A model generated the notes under the pieces. The model did no database searches, was not told the origin of the DNA, and saw nothing but the letters and a program-made list of their open reading frames with translations. This document shows, in pieces, positions 51,407 to 64,000 of a stretch of 64,000 nucleotides of DNA (position 1 is its first letter; each line of letters opens with the position of its first letter). The position numbers were made by a program, and so were the translations under genes. The stretch comes from Antedon mediterranea (lineage: Eukaryota; Animalia; Echinodermata), in contig NC_092670.1 in assembly GCF_964355755.1 (NCBI RefSeq), positions 20,136,795 through 20,200,794 on the forward strand. Reading direction: 5' to 3'.

Positions 51407-54400
51407 ATGTCGCGAGTGAGTATGAAATTGAAGCCGATTGGTATTCGGTGTATAACTGTAGGCGATAGGTAAGTAGGCCTATAGTACAGTAACTAATAGA
51501 CTAGAAACTATTCTTAATAAAAGCTATAGACTTAAGTGAGTGTACTGTGATAGCCTTGGTTAAAACTCATGATATTGGATTAGGATCAGTTATATATCTA
51601 TGGGATCAAGATATAGTACGTTGCAGACTTTGCAATCCGCTTTTCTAAAGACGGTTGACCATTAATGTTATGTATGACTATGTTTAATCAAATGAAAAGA
51701 TACATTATTCATTTTAGTGCAGTTGGGAAAACCTGCCTCCTCATCCGTGAATGCATGAATGTGTATCCTGAAGACTACGTACCAACAGTGTAAGTTAATT
51801 TGTGGGATTCGAATGTTTGTTGGCCTGTGACAAACCGTCCGCACGCGAAAATGTCATTGATAGGCTCGACGCATCTAAAAACAAATTAAATTTGGAAAAT
51901 CGTATAGGCCTATTAAAGAACAACAAGTCAAAATATCTGAGCTGAGTGTGCCCCAATTGCCTAGTTTGAAAACTAACGATAAAAAGTAACGATAAAAAAC
52001 AAAATTTTATTTTTACAGGTTTGATAGTTACATTCATGAAATCACAGTGGACAATGCAGTTGTAAAAGTACAGACAGAAGACGCTCGTGGGCGACAGGAT
52101 GAAGATTACATTAGGTTACGTCCGTTATGTTATATTAATGCGGTATGTTTTTCTTCTGTAAGATCCGTGCTTTTTCTAAATGAACTTTAATTGAAAGTGT
52201 TTCATATTCCTGTATAGGCTGTACGTTTTAGAAAAACACCTTTGCTATGTCTATTTGATTCTTTTGGTCAGTCTTGTGAAGTCATTTCATTTGCAAAACT
52301 GTGAAATCTCTGTAAATAATTTTAGTTAAGTCACCAACAAGAGATGCGCTGCGCGTTGCCTGGCGTTGTTCACTCGCGAGAGGGAGAAGCTCTTGTACTT
52401 ACATTTTTTTTTGCGAGCATGCACTCCACTCGGTAATTGCAGGGCCGTAGCCAGGATCTGTCAAGGGGGGGTTCGCACACTAAGTATTTGGGTCATCCCA
52501 CCCCCATACCTACCCCCCCCCCCCCCCCCTGGGGTGGGGCCTGAGGCGAAGCAAATTTTGTTAAATGATACCCCTAGATGGCCGGAAAAGACACTCTCAT
52601 GCAGCATGCTACCAATGAGCAAAACGATCGTACTTGGACCCGTGGACTATTTAAACGATAACATTTGTTGCCGTATGTTAGATGCGCGTGCTCTGTGCGG
52701 AACGCGATTTTTTTTTTCGTACATAAGTTGGGGACCCCTCATGAAACGTCACAAAATAAACATGAATAATTCATCAGTTAAATTTGTTGTTCCGTGTGCA
52801 CCCAAGCGTATAGCAACAAGAAGTGATTACACAACTGCGATACGATACTTTCTACAGTAGGCCTAGAATTCCAAGTCAATTCACGTGATTGCCTTCGCGC
52901 ACTCTTCTTCACACAAAATGTGTCGAGTCGAGGCTAATCGACAGCTAGGCAAGACATTAAACTAAGTAGTAATTCATTGGACATAGCCCAAAGAAAGCTT
53001 AGACCCACAAGAATAAAGAATGTGTATAATTTGTGTACTGTATTTTTTTAATTCTGCTATTTTATTATCAAACAATATGCATGTACTCAAAGGAACTTTA
53101 AAAATGTGCGTATATGAACACATGAGATGGGAAGATTAGACCCACGAGAATAATGTATTTTTGTGTAATGTTTATTGTTTAATTTTGCTGACTTATTACT
53201 CGGATTGTGTCATACCTAACACACACACGTCACACACACCCACACAGCTACTACTACTAGGCCTAGAATTATAGACATGGGTTTAGAGACTATTAATTAG
53301 GCCTAATAGTATTAATAGAAACTATAATTTTAACACGTAATTCTTTAGTAATAAATTATATTAAAAACACCATAAACTAAAGGCTGATTATTTCGACAAT
53401 CCACACAAAACGCCGCTGTTCTTCTATGAAATCGTACGCCGCAACAACAGCGGAGATAGGCTTAGAATCGTACCGCACTTGTGTATAATCACTTCTTGTT
53501 GCTATACGCTTGGGTGCACACGGAACAAGAAAATTTAACTGATGAATTATTCATGTTTATTTTGTGACGTTTCATGAGGGGGTCCCCAACTTATGTACGA
53601 AAAAAAAAATCGCGTGCGGAACCGCCGATTGTTAGATCATTTACTCGATATTTTGTTTTGCGTTCAAGTTCAATGCGAACGTACGTCTAGGAGAAGCCCC
53701 GAAAAAAGCACACTGGGTGAAGGAAAATGCTATTCTTATTATAGCTCTATCTATAATATTTATTTACAGCAATTTGTTGAGGAAATTAAATATGCCAATG
53801 TAAATAGGTGATATTGATACATTTGAGTACGTATCGGCGAAGCAAATTTTGTTAAATGACACCCCTTGATGGCCGGAAAAGACACTCTCATGCAGCATTC
53901 TACCAATGAGCAAAACGATCGTACTTGGACTCGTGGACTATTTAAACGATAACATTTTGTTGCCGTATGTTAGATGCGCGTGCTCTGTGCGGAACCGCCG
54001 ATTGTTTGATCATTTACTCGATATTTTGTTTTGCGTTCAAGTTCAATGCGAACGTAGGCCTACGTCTAGGAGAAGCCCCGAAAAAAGCACACTGGGTGAA
54101 GGCAAATACAATTCTTATTATAGCTCTATCTATAATATTTATTTACAGCAATTTGTTGAGGAAATTAAATATGCCAATGTAAATAGGTGATATTGATACA
54201 TTTGAGTACGTATCGGCTGGTGGTCTAGAAAAAAATAATCGGATGCCATAATGTGAACTACAGTACATGATACCATAGATATTATAGTGTAAAATATTAA
54301 TATTCACTATAATCCTCTATGATACATTATACTTCATAGCCAAACATAAATACTGATGTATGTCGGAAGGCTATATACTTTATGCATGCTGCCTGACTGC

Positions 54401-55618
54401 CAGTGATCTAAACAATTGGTACGCAGTTGTCTGGCGGTGTCCTTTCCTTTGTACGAATCGTTCGTCCCCCAGCTCGCTGTGAGAGACGCGTCAATATCAT
54501 GTTGAATGCAGGGACCAAACATTTATTTTTCAGGTTAAAATCGGCAATTCATTTGCAACTCTTAGAAATTTACAGACTATATCGCTCGAAGTACGCTCAT
54601 ACAGGGAAGAAGGTACTGTATGAGTTATTCCGAACGAGTTTACGAATTCTTTAATTTACGAACAACTTTTTGTACTGTGGGGCACGTATTTGGACGATTT
54701 TCGGAGATGAGGGTGAGGTATTGGGCATGTCGGGGATGGGGGTTCGCAGTCGGTTAAGGGGGGTTCGCTGTAAAGGGGGGGGGGGGGGGGGGGGGTTCGC
54801 CCGAACCATAAAAACCCCCCCTGGCTACGGGCCTGAATTGCTTTGTAATATTTTGGAACTTAAGAAAGAGAAATGTTATAAGAGAAAGATATTTAATTTA
54901 TTTGTTTTATGTTTCTTCAATACAGAATGTTTTTGTAATTTGTTTCGACTTGTCGAATCCAACATCATATGAAAATGTAAGTAAGCTTTGGTATCCCGAA
55001 ATACATGAACACTGCCCCGATGTACCGTTTATTCTAGTTGGTACAAAGTTGGATTTGAAAATAGATGAAGATGGGAATCCGAAAACAACAGACGATGCAA
55101 AGTGTATTACATACGAACAGGTGATGATGATCTTTTATTGTTTATAGTTACATTTTTAATTGCTATTTTGAATGTTCATCTTTGACGGGAAGGGGTGTAA
55201 ATGACGTGTTCTACGAAGCTACATGTCATGGTGTATCGCATAGACTTGGAAAAAAAGAAAAAACGAAAAAACTGTGTCGTCATATAGCTTTTCTGTTGTT
55301 GTTGTTGTCTTGCCATAACAGTGACATATACAGAGGAGAGTTTCCAAATGTTTAGATATTTAGTTTTTATATTTTATTTTACTAATATAATAATATATAG
55401 CGCATATTCGTAATAAATAAAATTAGATTTTTAAAAGAAGACTTCTAATTATATATTTTTATTTTCAGGGTCAAGAAATGAAATCAAAGGTTGGTGCTCT
55501 CGGCTATTTTGAATGTTCATCTTTGACGGGAAGGGGTGTAAATGACGAAGCTACATGTCATGGTGTATCGCATAGACTTGGAAAAAAGAAAAAAAGAAAA
55601 AACTGTGTCGTCATATAG
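51407..55618 (+). CDS. Atypical Rho-family GTPase, copy 1
   Basis: Exons 51407-51468, 51718-51789, 52019-52142, 54926-55120 and 55469-55618. G1 GDSAVGKT, switch I YVPTVFDSY, altered G3 [18 protein letters not shown]4 TKLD, ECSSL, and a polybasic tail with CAAX CVVI. Confidence 0.88.
52440..54835. mobile_element. Non-autonomous hAT-like (hAT5-type?) element in Rho copy 1 intron 3
   Basis: TIR CAGGGCCGTAGCCAGG / CCTGGCTACGGGCCTG with subterminal G/C runs. AATTG is duplicated on both sides (52435-52439, 54836-54840). The element is absent from the equivalent intron of copy 2. Confidence 0.75.
52704..53613. mobile_element. Non-autonomous MULE nested in the hAT-like element
   Basis: About 130-bp TIRs starting GCGATTTTTTTTTTCGTACATAAGTTGG, with a 9-bp TSD GTGCGGAAC (52695-52703, 53614-53622). 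The empty site is visible in the adjacent duplicate near 53986-53995. Confidence 0.88.
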
Positions 55619-56292
55619 CTTTTTTGTTGTTGTTGTTGTCTTGCCATAACAGTGACATATACAGAGGAGAGTTTCCAAAGTTCTTCAACCCGCAACACAA
55701 TTTTTGTTACGTCACAACATCCGAAGACATTTGAATACTCATTTCAATTTTATTACGGCACAGACAGATACAAATTTAGGAGGATATCATATTGGTTACT
55801 GTAAAATAAAGAGGTGGAACTTTTTTTAAAACGCCTTGTAGTATAGCCTACTATTCTTGTCGTTTCATTTGTGTATTCCGTATCACGTACCGTACGTATA
55901 GCATTCGTTATTTCTTTCGTCAGTCAGTCTTTTTTTAGATGCACCCAAAAACAATTATAGTTACACATGTTAAAATGCACATCGTTCATTTTAATGGCCA
56001 TACTACACACACTGAGCAACTGGCAGAGCACCAGAGAGAGAAGTCATTTTTGGTGTGTATTCATCAGCAATGACAAGTTGAAATCAATATTTAAATATGT
56101 ATCGTTAACTGCTGAATATTCATAATAAATTGCAAGCTTGACTGAGCATGACGTTGGAAAACCAGGAAGTGTCAGTTTCTAAAAATAGCAATGTATCATC
56201 GATGTCCGTATTTAATAATAACATGCTTTAAAAGCCAGGCAGTTTGATATGAGTTATTTTAAATACATTCTAGGCCTCTGAAACACGAAGTA

Positions 56293-58039
56293 ATGTCGCG
56301 AGTGAGTGTAAAATTGAAGCCGATTCGTATTCGGTGTATAACTGTAGGCGATAGGTAAGTTATGGCTAAAAAAACAAAGTGTACGTTCCGGTCTATGCTT
56401 AATGAGGCTAGACTTGAATACTGTATTGTATATGCTTAAGTTACATGTAGGTTTTCTAAATGCTACGACCATACAGTTACACGTTGCCTACACACATTAT
56501 CCAAAAGGCCTAAATCCGATAAGAAATAAAAACTAATATGTAGAGGCCTATATATATGGAGATGTAATTTAATAAACTTTACTTTTTGTTTCTTTTTATT
56601 CCTCATGTCATCAGTTTTGTTGGGAAAACCTGCCTCCTCATTCGTGAATGCAAACAATTGTTTCCTGAAGTCTACGTACCAACACAGTAAGTACACTGTC
56701 TACACTAACTTAGTATGACAAAAACAAGTGTGATGTGCCCAAATATAGTAGTGGTGTGCCCAAATAAGGTAGTGGTATGACATCATCATGTCCATATATG
56801 GGCACATCACATGTTTTGGTCACATAAAGTTTGATAGTGTAGACAGAGAACATTTCAAAAAGTACGTCATGATTTGATTACAGTCAGTAGCCTACAATTT
56901 TAATTAAAATTTTTAGCTGTTGAAGTAAATTTAGTTAAAGTGATAAAGCTACCCTAACATGCCTACAATACCTTGATTACAAGTACGACACTTAAACAAA
57001 ATTAATTTAAAATTATTTGTTTTATACAGTAAATAAAAAAACAATTTGAGAAACTAGACATTTAGAGATTTATGATTGACGATAAAAAATGTTGTGCCTT
57101 ATATATTAGTTAATTAAGTTAATTCGAGCATCCATGGTTTACGTATTTGTAAGTAAAGTATGTTGTGATATATAAATTAAACGAAATTGTATTATGTACA
57201 GGTTTGAAAGTTACGTTCATGAAATCATATTGGATAGTACAGTTGTGGAAGTACAGACAGAAGACGCCCGTGGCGAACAGGAAGATTACGCAAGGTTACG
57301 CCCACTGTGTTATTTTAGAGCGGTAGGTATCACATAGCCTATGTCTTACTTATTTTAAATTACCAGACCAATTGTACTATTTCTAGTTCTTATGGTTTTG
57401 TATTTTTGATTGCAAACCAATACAATAGATATAGAAATACAATAGAGATATTGTTTATGATCAAATACCACTCAAACATTGATTTTGTTTTTCTTTAAAC
57501 AGAATATGTTTATTATTTGTTTCGATTTGTCGAATCCAACATCATATGAAAATGTAAGTAAGCTTTGGTATCCCGAAATACATGAACACTGTCCCGATGT
57601 ACCGTTTATTCTAGTTGGTACAAAGTTGGACTTAAGAGAAGATGAGGACGGGAATCTGAAAAAGACAGACGACGGAACAAAGTTTATTACATACGAACAG
57701 GTAATTTTTTTTTAAATTAAATTTTAATTAAATTATAACGACGGACTTATAAGCCAGTCTCTACACAAAAGTAAACCAATAACGATTTGATTATTTATCT
57801 CTTAAAAATTAAATTACAGCCGTGTAGGCCTACTTTTTTTTAATTAAAAAATGTATTTTATTTATTTTGTTTATTTTCAGGGCCAAGAAATGAAATCAAA
57901 GGTTGGTGCTCTCGACTATTTTGAATGTTCATCTTTGACGGGAAGGGGTGTAAATGATGTGTTCTACGAAGCTACGTGTCACGGGGTATCGCATAAACTT
58001 GAAGAGAAGAAACGTACGAAACATTGTGTAGTCATATAG
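56293..58039 (+). CDS. Atypical Rho-family GTPase, copy 2
   Basis: Exons 56293-56354, 56615-56686, 57202-57322, 57503-57700 and 57881-58039. G1 GDSFVGKT, YVPTQFESY, EDARGEQEDYARLRPL, TKLDLR, ECSSL, CAAX CVVI. Confidence 0.9.
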
Positions 58040-58908
58040 CTTGTTTTGTGTTTTTTTTTTGTTTTTTTTGTTTTCATGCCATTGGAAAACACTGTGACGT
58101 ATCCTACGTTTTGCTCAAGTGCTTTACCTCATCACAACGTTTTGTTTTGTTACAATTGAACCGAAGACATTACTTTCCAATAAAATGTTCTGCTTCCGTT
58201 TTAAATGTGTATACTCTGAAATGACGGTATATTTTTATTATTCCGTCGGACCCTTTCATAGTCGGCATACTGACATGAATGTACGAGAGACAGTGCCAGG
58301 AATGAATGACTAGCTTTTAAATGTTGTCTCTGGAGAAGGAATGTTGTGTCCGTTGGATATTGTGTTCCTGCCAACAGAACAAACATAATTTTTATGTTTT
58401 TTTCTTAAAACAAATGACAATAAATGATACTTGACTTGATATAAACGTATCGTATTTACTTAGAAAAGACAAAATATTGTGCAATCATAACTCGTTTGTT
58501 CTGAATTATGTTTCCATTTGGAAATACGTAGAAGTAAAAACATCTCTACATAAACATTAAATTTTTTGTATAATATTCAGTACCAGTATTTAATGCGAAT
58601 ATAACAGTAATGGTATCTTGTAATTAAGACGGAAAAATAAAAAAGAGAGTGAATAAAAGATTTGTGATGTGAAGCTACATATCAAGTGATATGAATAGAG
58701 AGATGATTAGCTCGTTCTAAATTCGATACAGAAAACAAGTCCTCTTGTTGCGCCCTCTAAAAATACAATATTTATGGCATAATTTGCGAGTTATAAGCGT
58801 TGCACCAACAAGCTATATCATTATTTACATTAAACTACTGGTAGTTCGGATTAGTTTTATCGAACATATCACATATCACTAATAGGAAAGTATGTAATAA
58901 TTGGAGCG

Positions 58909-61900
58909 ATGTCAATTTTCAAGTTTTCAATCTGGATAATTTTTACAATCCTCTTTCAAGGTAACTTTCAATTTGTGTTTTTTTGTTGGAATTTTAATGT
59001 TTTCGTTTCGAGAAACTAAAATCAATCAGTTACTATTAAGTTTATTCACTTACCAACCTTGGGTCTGAAATAAACAACACAATCAAAAAGATCTGAAACA
59101 CAATCAACTGACCATTTTGTTGTTTTGCAAATACTGAATCAATATTAGGGCCTATGCATATGATTTTAATAATTTCAAAATGACATTTGGCAAGAAGCTG
59201 TCGAACTCGGACAAGTTCAGTTATTTTCTCCCCTCCCCCTATCCGTAGTATTTCTCGTGTGTTTCGAAGCAAGTCAAGGTCAAATACCAACAATTCAAAT
59301 CGAGAACCGAAACCACGGCGTTAAAAATTCAGCCATCCCTACAATAGTTATGCTAAATTAAATAGTTCATATAGAGACAACGTGAACGACATTTTTGTAC
59401 CTTTTTATTCGTTTTTATTGTATTTTGTATTGTAATTTAAATTGTACAGTAATTTTGTAATCTTTTGTGGTTCACCACCACCTTTATTCATTTAATGTTT
59501 CATTACATAATTTCTATAGGCCTAGATTTTCTACTTTCTTTTCAATATTTTCTATTTTTCCTTTTTTAATAATAATATAGTTTTTTTTATACCTAAACAA
59601 ATAAATAAATAAGACCAGTTTATTTTGTATATGCTATATTGTAAATAAACAAATGTCAGCAAAGTAATTTACTGTAGGTTGCTTACTCGATCGTTTGTAG
59701 AATAGTATTTGAAAGGTTGCTTACTCGATCGTTTGTAGAATAGTATTTTGATAGGGTTTTCTAAAATGTGGCACGGACAAGCCAAACCAGTCGGTTGTCG
59801 GTAATCCCCGAACTGAGATACAGCCTAGAATAGTCAAAATCACGTCGACAAAAACAAAAATAATATTTTATCGATTAAATCTAACCTTTATGTATTCTAG
59901 AATCATACTATGTTGTTATTTTTTTTTAATTTTCCAACTAAAACAAGTAAAACAATACATTTTGTTAGGCTATGTTTTTGTAAGATGTCGGTCTGGCTTG
60001 TCCATGCCACAAATAAACAAACAACGTATTCCTTTAGGAACGGATGTCGGCGGTGAAGATTTTAAGATAGAGGCACTCGCATAGACAATAACCAATTATT
60101 CTATTACCGGAACGGGATTATGAGAACCAGCAGAACATTTTGTCAAAACCAACTACTTGGTTTCTGCAGTATCATGTCTCCGACAACAAGCCCATGTCAC
60201 AGCATCTAACTCCTAAATATTAACTTATCTTACCCTATATTAGGCCCTAAATAATAAATATCACTACGTCTACATTGCATTATCCAAAATGGGATAAAGT
60301 TTTCTATCAGACTCGATACTGCTGTGTGTTTATTGTCACTGACATACTGCTTGTGTATCGAGTAGTTTAAGGCTGTTGGGATGGCAAGGGCGTAGGCCTA
60401 AGTGGAATATTTAATTTAGGGTTAGGCGTGTTGTATGATATCACTCACTTTCCTGATAACAACAAATGCTCCTATATGACAACATGTTGTTGTTTGTTAA
60501 TTTAATCATTAAGGCGATAAATATTAGTTTTAATTATTCTAAAAGATCATTAATCTTTATTATGCGTGTTCTATTGTCCTTCGTGTAGTATTTCTCAATA
60601 ATAACGCCTACTTATTGTTAGATTTCACGGAACATCTTTGAAAAGAAATGGTTATGTTATACTGTAATATTAAATCTAATTTTCATAAGAATAACTGGTA
60701 TTTTTTTTCAAAAAAAGAACTATATTTTTCCTTTCTTCTGTGGCTTATTCACCATCCATATTTTAACATTTAAAATAATTGTGTATGAAATAACAATATT
60801 TGAATAGACAGGTTCCTATCTGACAACGAATGACGATATTGTATGCCACACTACATATTTTTCATTTTATTTGATTTGTGAAAATATTATTCTATTCATT
60901 GAAGAGAGTATAAATGTTTGTCCCATTGTTCTAGAATGATTTCACATAATTTATTTTGGTTTTATTTGTGAGAAAATGTATTTATTAGTTATTGTCGGTA
61001 TACGGGCCTGTCGCACAATTCTTTTTGTGAGTGTATACATCTATTTCCACCAGGTGTTTTCTGTACGATTCTTGGTATCCTGATTTGTTGTGTATAGTTT
61101 TATTTGTTTTCTATGGATATGTTATCAGCATTTATTATGGCATTCCGATATAAAAAAAATGAATGAATGAATAATTTTGATTATATTTGTCGGTTTGCTT
61201 CACGAAGAAATCATTGTTAAAATTGATTTTTTTTAGTTTGTTATTAAGTTCTATCTTGTCAATTTTAACATCTTGTACACCAATGTAAACTAGGCCTATA
61301 ACTATTCGTTTTCGTGTATAATTTAGGACTATATTGAAAAAGGATCTTTACTCACATACCAGGTTTTTAATTTAATTTTAGCAAAAGCCCAAGAAAACAC
61401 CACTACAAATGATTCGAACTTGCAGGACAACAAGGTCAATAACACATTGTCGATGACAACTATGGAATATGGTAAGCATTAAACATAACAATATTTTCAC
61501 GTATAAACTCTGAAAATAGCACATTTTTCATCCATATGTTTTCATAAGGGGTACTCACTGACTATTCAATACAATAGGCCATATTACATTCCATTTTATG
61601 ATCTTAAGTGACTTATATAAAATGATTATTATCAATACGGTATATTAACAATATTGTTTATTATAAATAAAGAGGGGGCACTAAAAAGGATAGTTACTAA
61701 AGACAACGGAACGCATTGATAATAAGGCTATACTCTTTCTACAAACAAATAGCTATTGAGTTGTTTTTTTAAAAAAAGGAGGAAAAAGAAAATGTTTGAT
61801 TGTATTTATTATTTATTGATGTACATATTACAATACCGTATGTGATGTAAATGTATGAATGATCTCTTGTGCAGAGATTTTTAAGATTACTGAGAAACTT

Positions 61901-63422
61901 AATATTTATGAAAGAAAATATTTATAGATTTAAAAATCCAAAGGCAAATTACTGAAAAAAATGACAATGCTGTGGGTATCAGTGGCTGAATCTCAATGGA
62001 GATACAAAAAAAAAGCGAAAAGCTAAATCAAAACGATAAAGTAAACAGCCAGAAAAGTTAGCAGAGCTTTCGGGCAACACTAGCCCTTCATCAGTGCAAG
62101 TGATTTAAAATATATATACAAAAACTTAATAAGAATAGAAAATAAACAGCAATTTAAATTGCAAAGAAAGTGTTTTTATCAAAAGAATTATGTAAAAATT
62201 ATGTTTTGAAATGGAAATTAAGGTGAGTGAACCTCACAAAAGACGAACAATAATATATAAAACAATATTGTTTGTATTAAACTACGTTTCGATCTTAGGA
62301 GTTACAATTCAAGAGGATACTGTGACAGAAAACTATACGTTGACCTCCGAGGAAATTACTACTGGTAGGCCTAAACCTACCGAAGATATGACTACCAGTA
62401 GGCCTATCATATCTACAACACTAAATGAATATCCAGGTACGAATGACTCACAACTCATAAGCTAGGCCTATCACAAGTGTATTTCAAAAAGTGTAAATTA
62501 ATCATGAATTCAACCTTAAAATTAAACAAATCCTCTTCCCGAAAAAAAAAAATTAATTCCCCTTAAAGTGGATCCTTGACAATAAATAGGCCTATGTTTT
62601 AACATTACAGGAAACACTGGTATTAAAGGGGAACTCCGAAGGTCTCAACAATTTCGCCATAATAGGAGTACTTAACGTTAAAATTAACGAATACTCTTCC
62701 CTGAAAAACAATTTGAATTCTTGACAAAGGAATACAAGATCTTACTCTTGCTGATGTCATGAATTTTTATTAAAACAACTGACATCCCATTGCATTTTAC
62801 CTAATTCTTTCATTTTTCTTTAAATATCATTATTCTGCGTCTAGCTTTCATTCATTCATTCATCTTTTATTTCGGAAAAAAAAGTAATTCTTCATAGCTC
62901 AAGAACAAATTAGTGTCTACATTATTATAATTCTAATGGTTATTTTGTGACGAGGGCCCATAACAAAATAGGTCGAATAAAAACAACTGCCTAGCTACCG
63001 TTACGGCCTTCTTCGGCTCTTTCACTATTCGGCCCTTTACCATTTTGCTCTTTCACCATTTTATACGGCTCTTTTACCATTACTTTTGACACTTTTACCA
63101 TTAATTGTTATTGATCTGTTAATTATAAAGAGAATCAGAAGTAATTTGCAATGTTTGTTTTCAGAATGTTTCCATTTGGAAAATGCAGCCGATTACCGTG
63201 GCACGGTAAGTGTTACACAAAGTGGCAGAGCATGTCAGTACTGGACGTCACAGTCTCCTCACGAGCATGGGTATAGCGATGAAACGCATCCAAACACGGG
63301 CCTAGGAGACCACAACTATTGTCGCAACCCAGAACCGGATGAACAAACTTGGTGTTATACAACAGATCCAGACGTTAGGTGGGAGTGGTGTGATGTTGGA
63401 CAACCAAATGTAAACTGTGCTA
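58909..63422 (+). CDS. Secreted or membrane protein with Thr-rich stalk and kringle domain (5' part; probably continues past the window)
   Basis: Phase-1 exons: 58909-58960 (MSIFKFSIWIIFTILFQ, signal peptide; link to next exon is inferred), 61382-61471 and 62299-62436 (Thr-rich), 63165-63422 (kringle: DYRGTVSVTQSGRACQYW...HNYCRNP...WCYTTDPDVRWEWC). Confidence 0.8.
61948..62099 (-). mobile_element. Solo Penelope pLTR with an intact hammerhead (62058-62099)
   Basis: Reverse complement of 20244-20395. The hammerhead core is identical to the copy at 20244. Confidence 0.88.
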
Positions 63423-64000
63423 GTAAGTTGAATTTTATTTATAATTAAAGCAACCATAGTACAAGGTATTTTAAAAAAAACGTCTAGCTAATTTTACATC
63501 TTTGACAGAATCAGAAAACAAATCAAGCGATTCTATCTGTATACAAAAGGATACTGTATCGTATTTTTTATTTAAATGTTTCTTGTAGTTCAATCTATAT
63601 CATCAATCATAGAACTACACATGCTAACAAAAACACTCAATCAGCCTAAGATTAAACTTTGTGTAGGTTATATAATTTATTTTAACATTCCTAATCCTAG
63701 TTTACAGTATACATAATTTCTTCCATTTGCATATATATATATATACTCATAACATTAATCAGATTAAAGCTCTGTCTACACTATCAAACTAGTTTGACAA
63801 AAAAAAAGTGTGATGTAAGTAAGTAATATTTATCAGTACAATTTATAAAACAGCATAAAATATGAATAAAAATAACTAGAATAATACAACAAATATTTGG
63901 AAACATGGAAAGCAGGGGATTACCCTTTAAGCTCAAAGGCTTGTTTCCATAGGGATCCCCAAAGATGTGCCTCCGACTTTAAACTTGCTGGCTATCTAAA

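Noticed and set aside
53593-54190. Two near-identical ORFs (72 and 94 aa)
   Set aside because: They come from a tandem duplication inside a non-autonomous TE and show no recognisable domain.

Overview
AT-rich, intron-rich animal DNA, probably an invertebrate deuterostome such as an echinoderm (an inference from gene content and repeat types). It is not prokaryotic. I assembled eleven spliced genes by hand, in order: the 3' part of TCF20/RAI1-like (+), SLC29A4/ENT4 (+), ERI2 (-), a multi-exon MULE-transposase-derived SWIM zinc-finger gene (+), REXO5-like (+), NAA60 (-, with an AT-AC U12 intron), GNPTG (+), an ER-retained saposin-fold protein ending in KEEL (-), two tandem atypical Rho GTPases (+), and the 5' part of a secreted mucin/kringle protein (+). 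Mobile DNA includes a 5'-truncated Penelope-like element with a minimal hammerhead ribozyme, a second full hammerhead copy and a fragment. There are also SINEs, several PIF/Harbinger- and Kolobok-type MITEs, a MULE nested inside a hAT-like element, and tiny P-like hairpins. The most notable items are the apparently domesticated MULE gene between ERI2 and REXO5, the Rho pair predicted to be GTPase-deficient, the hammerhead/Penelope system and the KEEL saposin protein. All exon boundaries and family assignments come from reading the sequence and recalling motifs; no searches were run.
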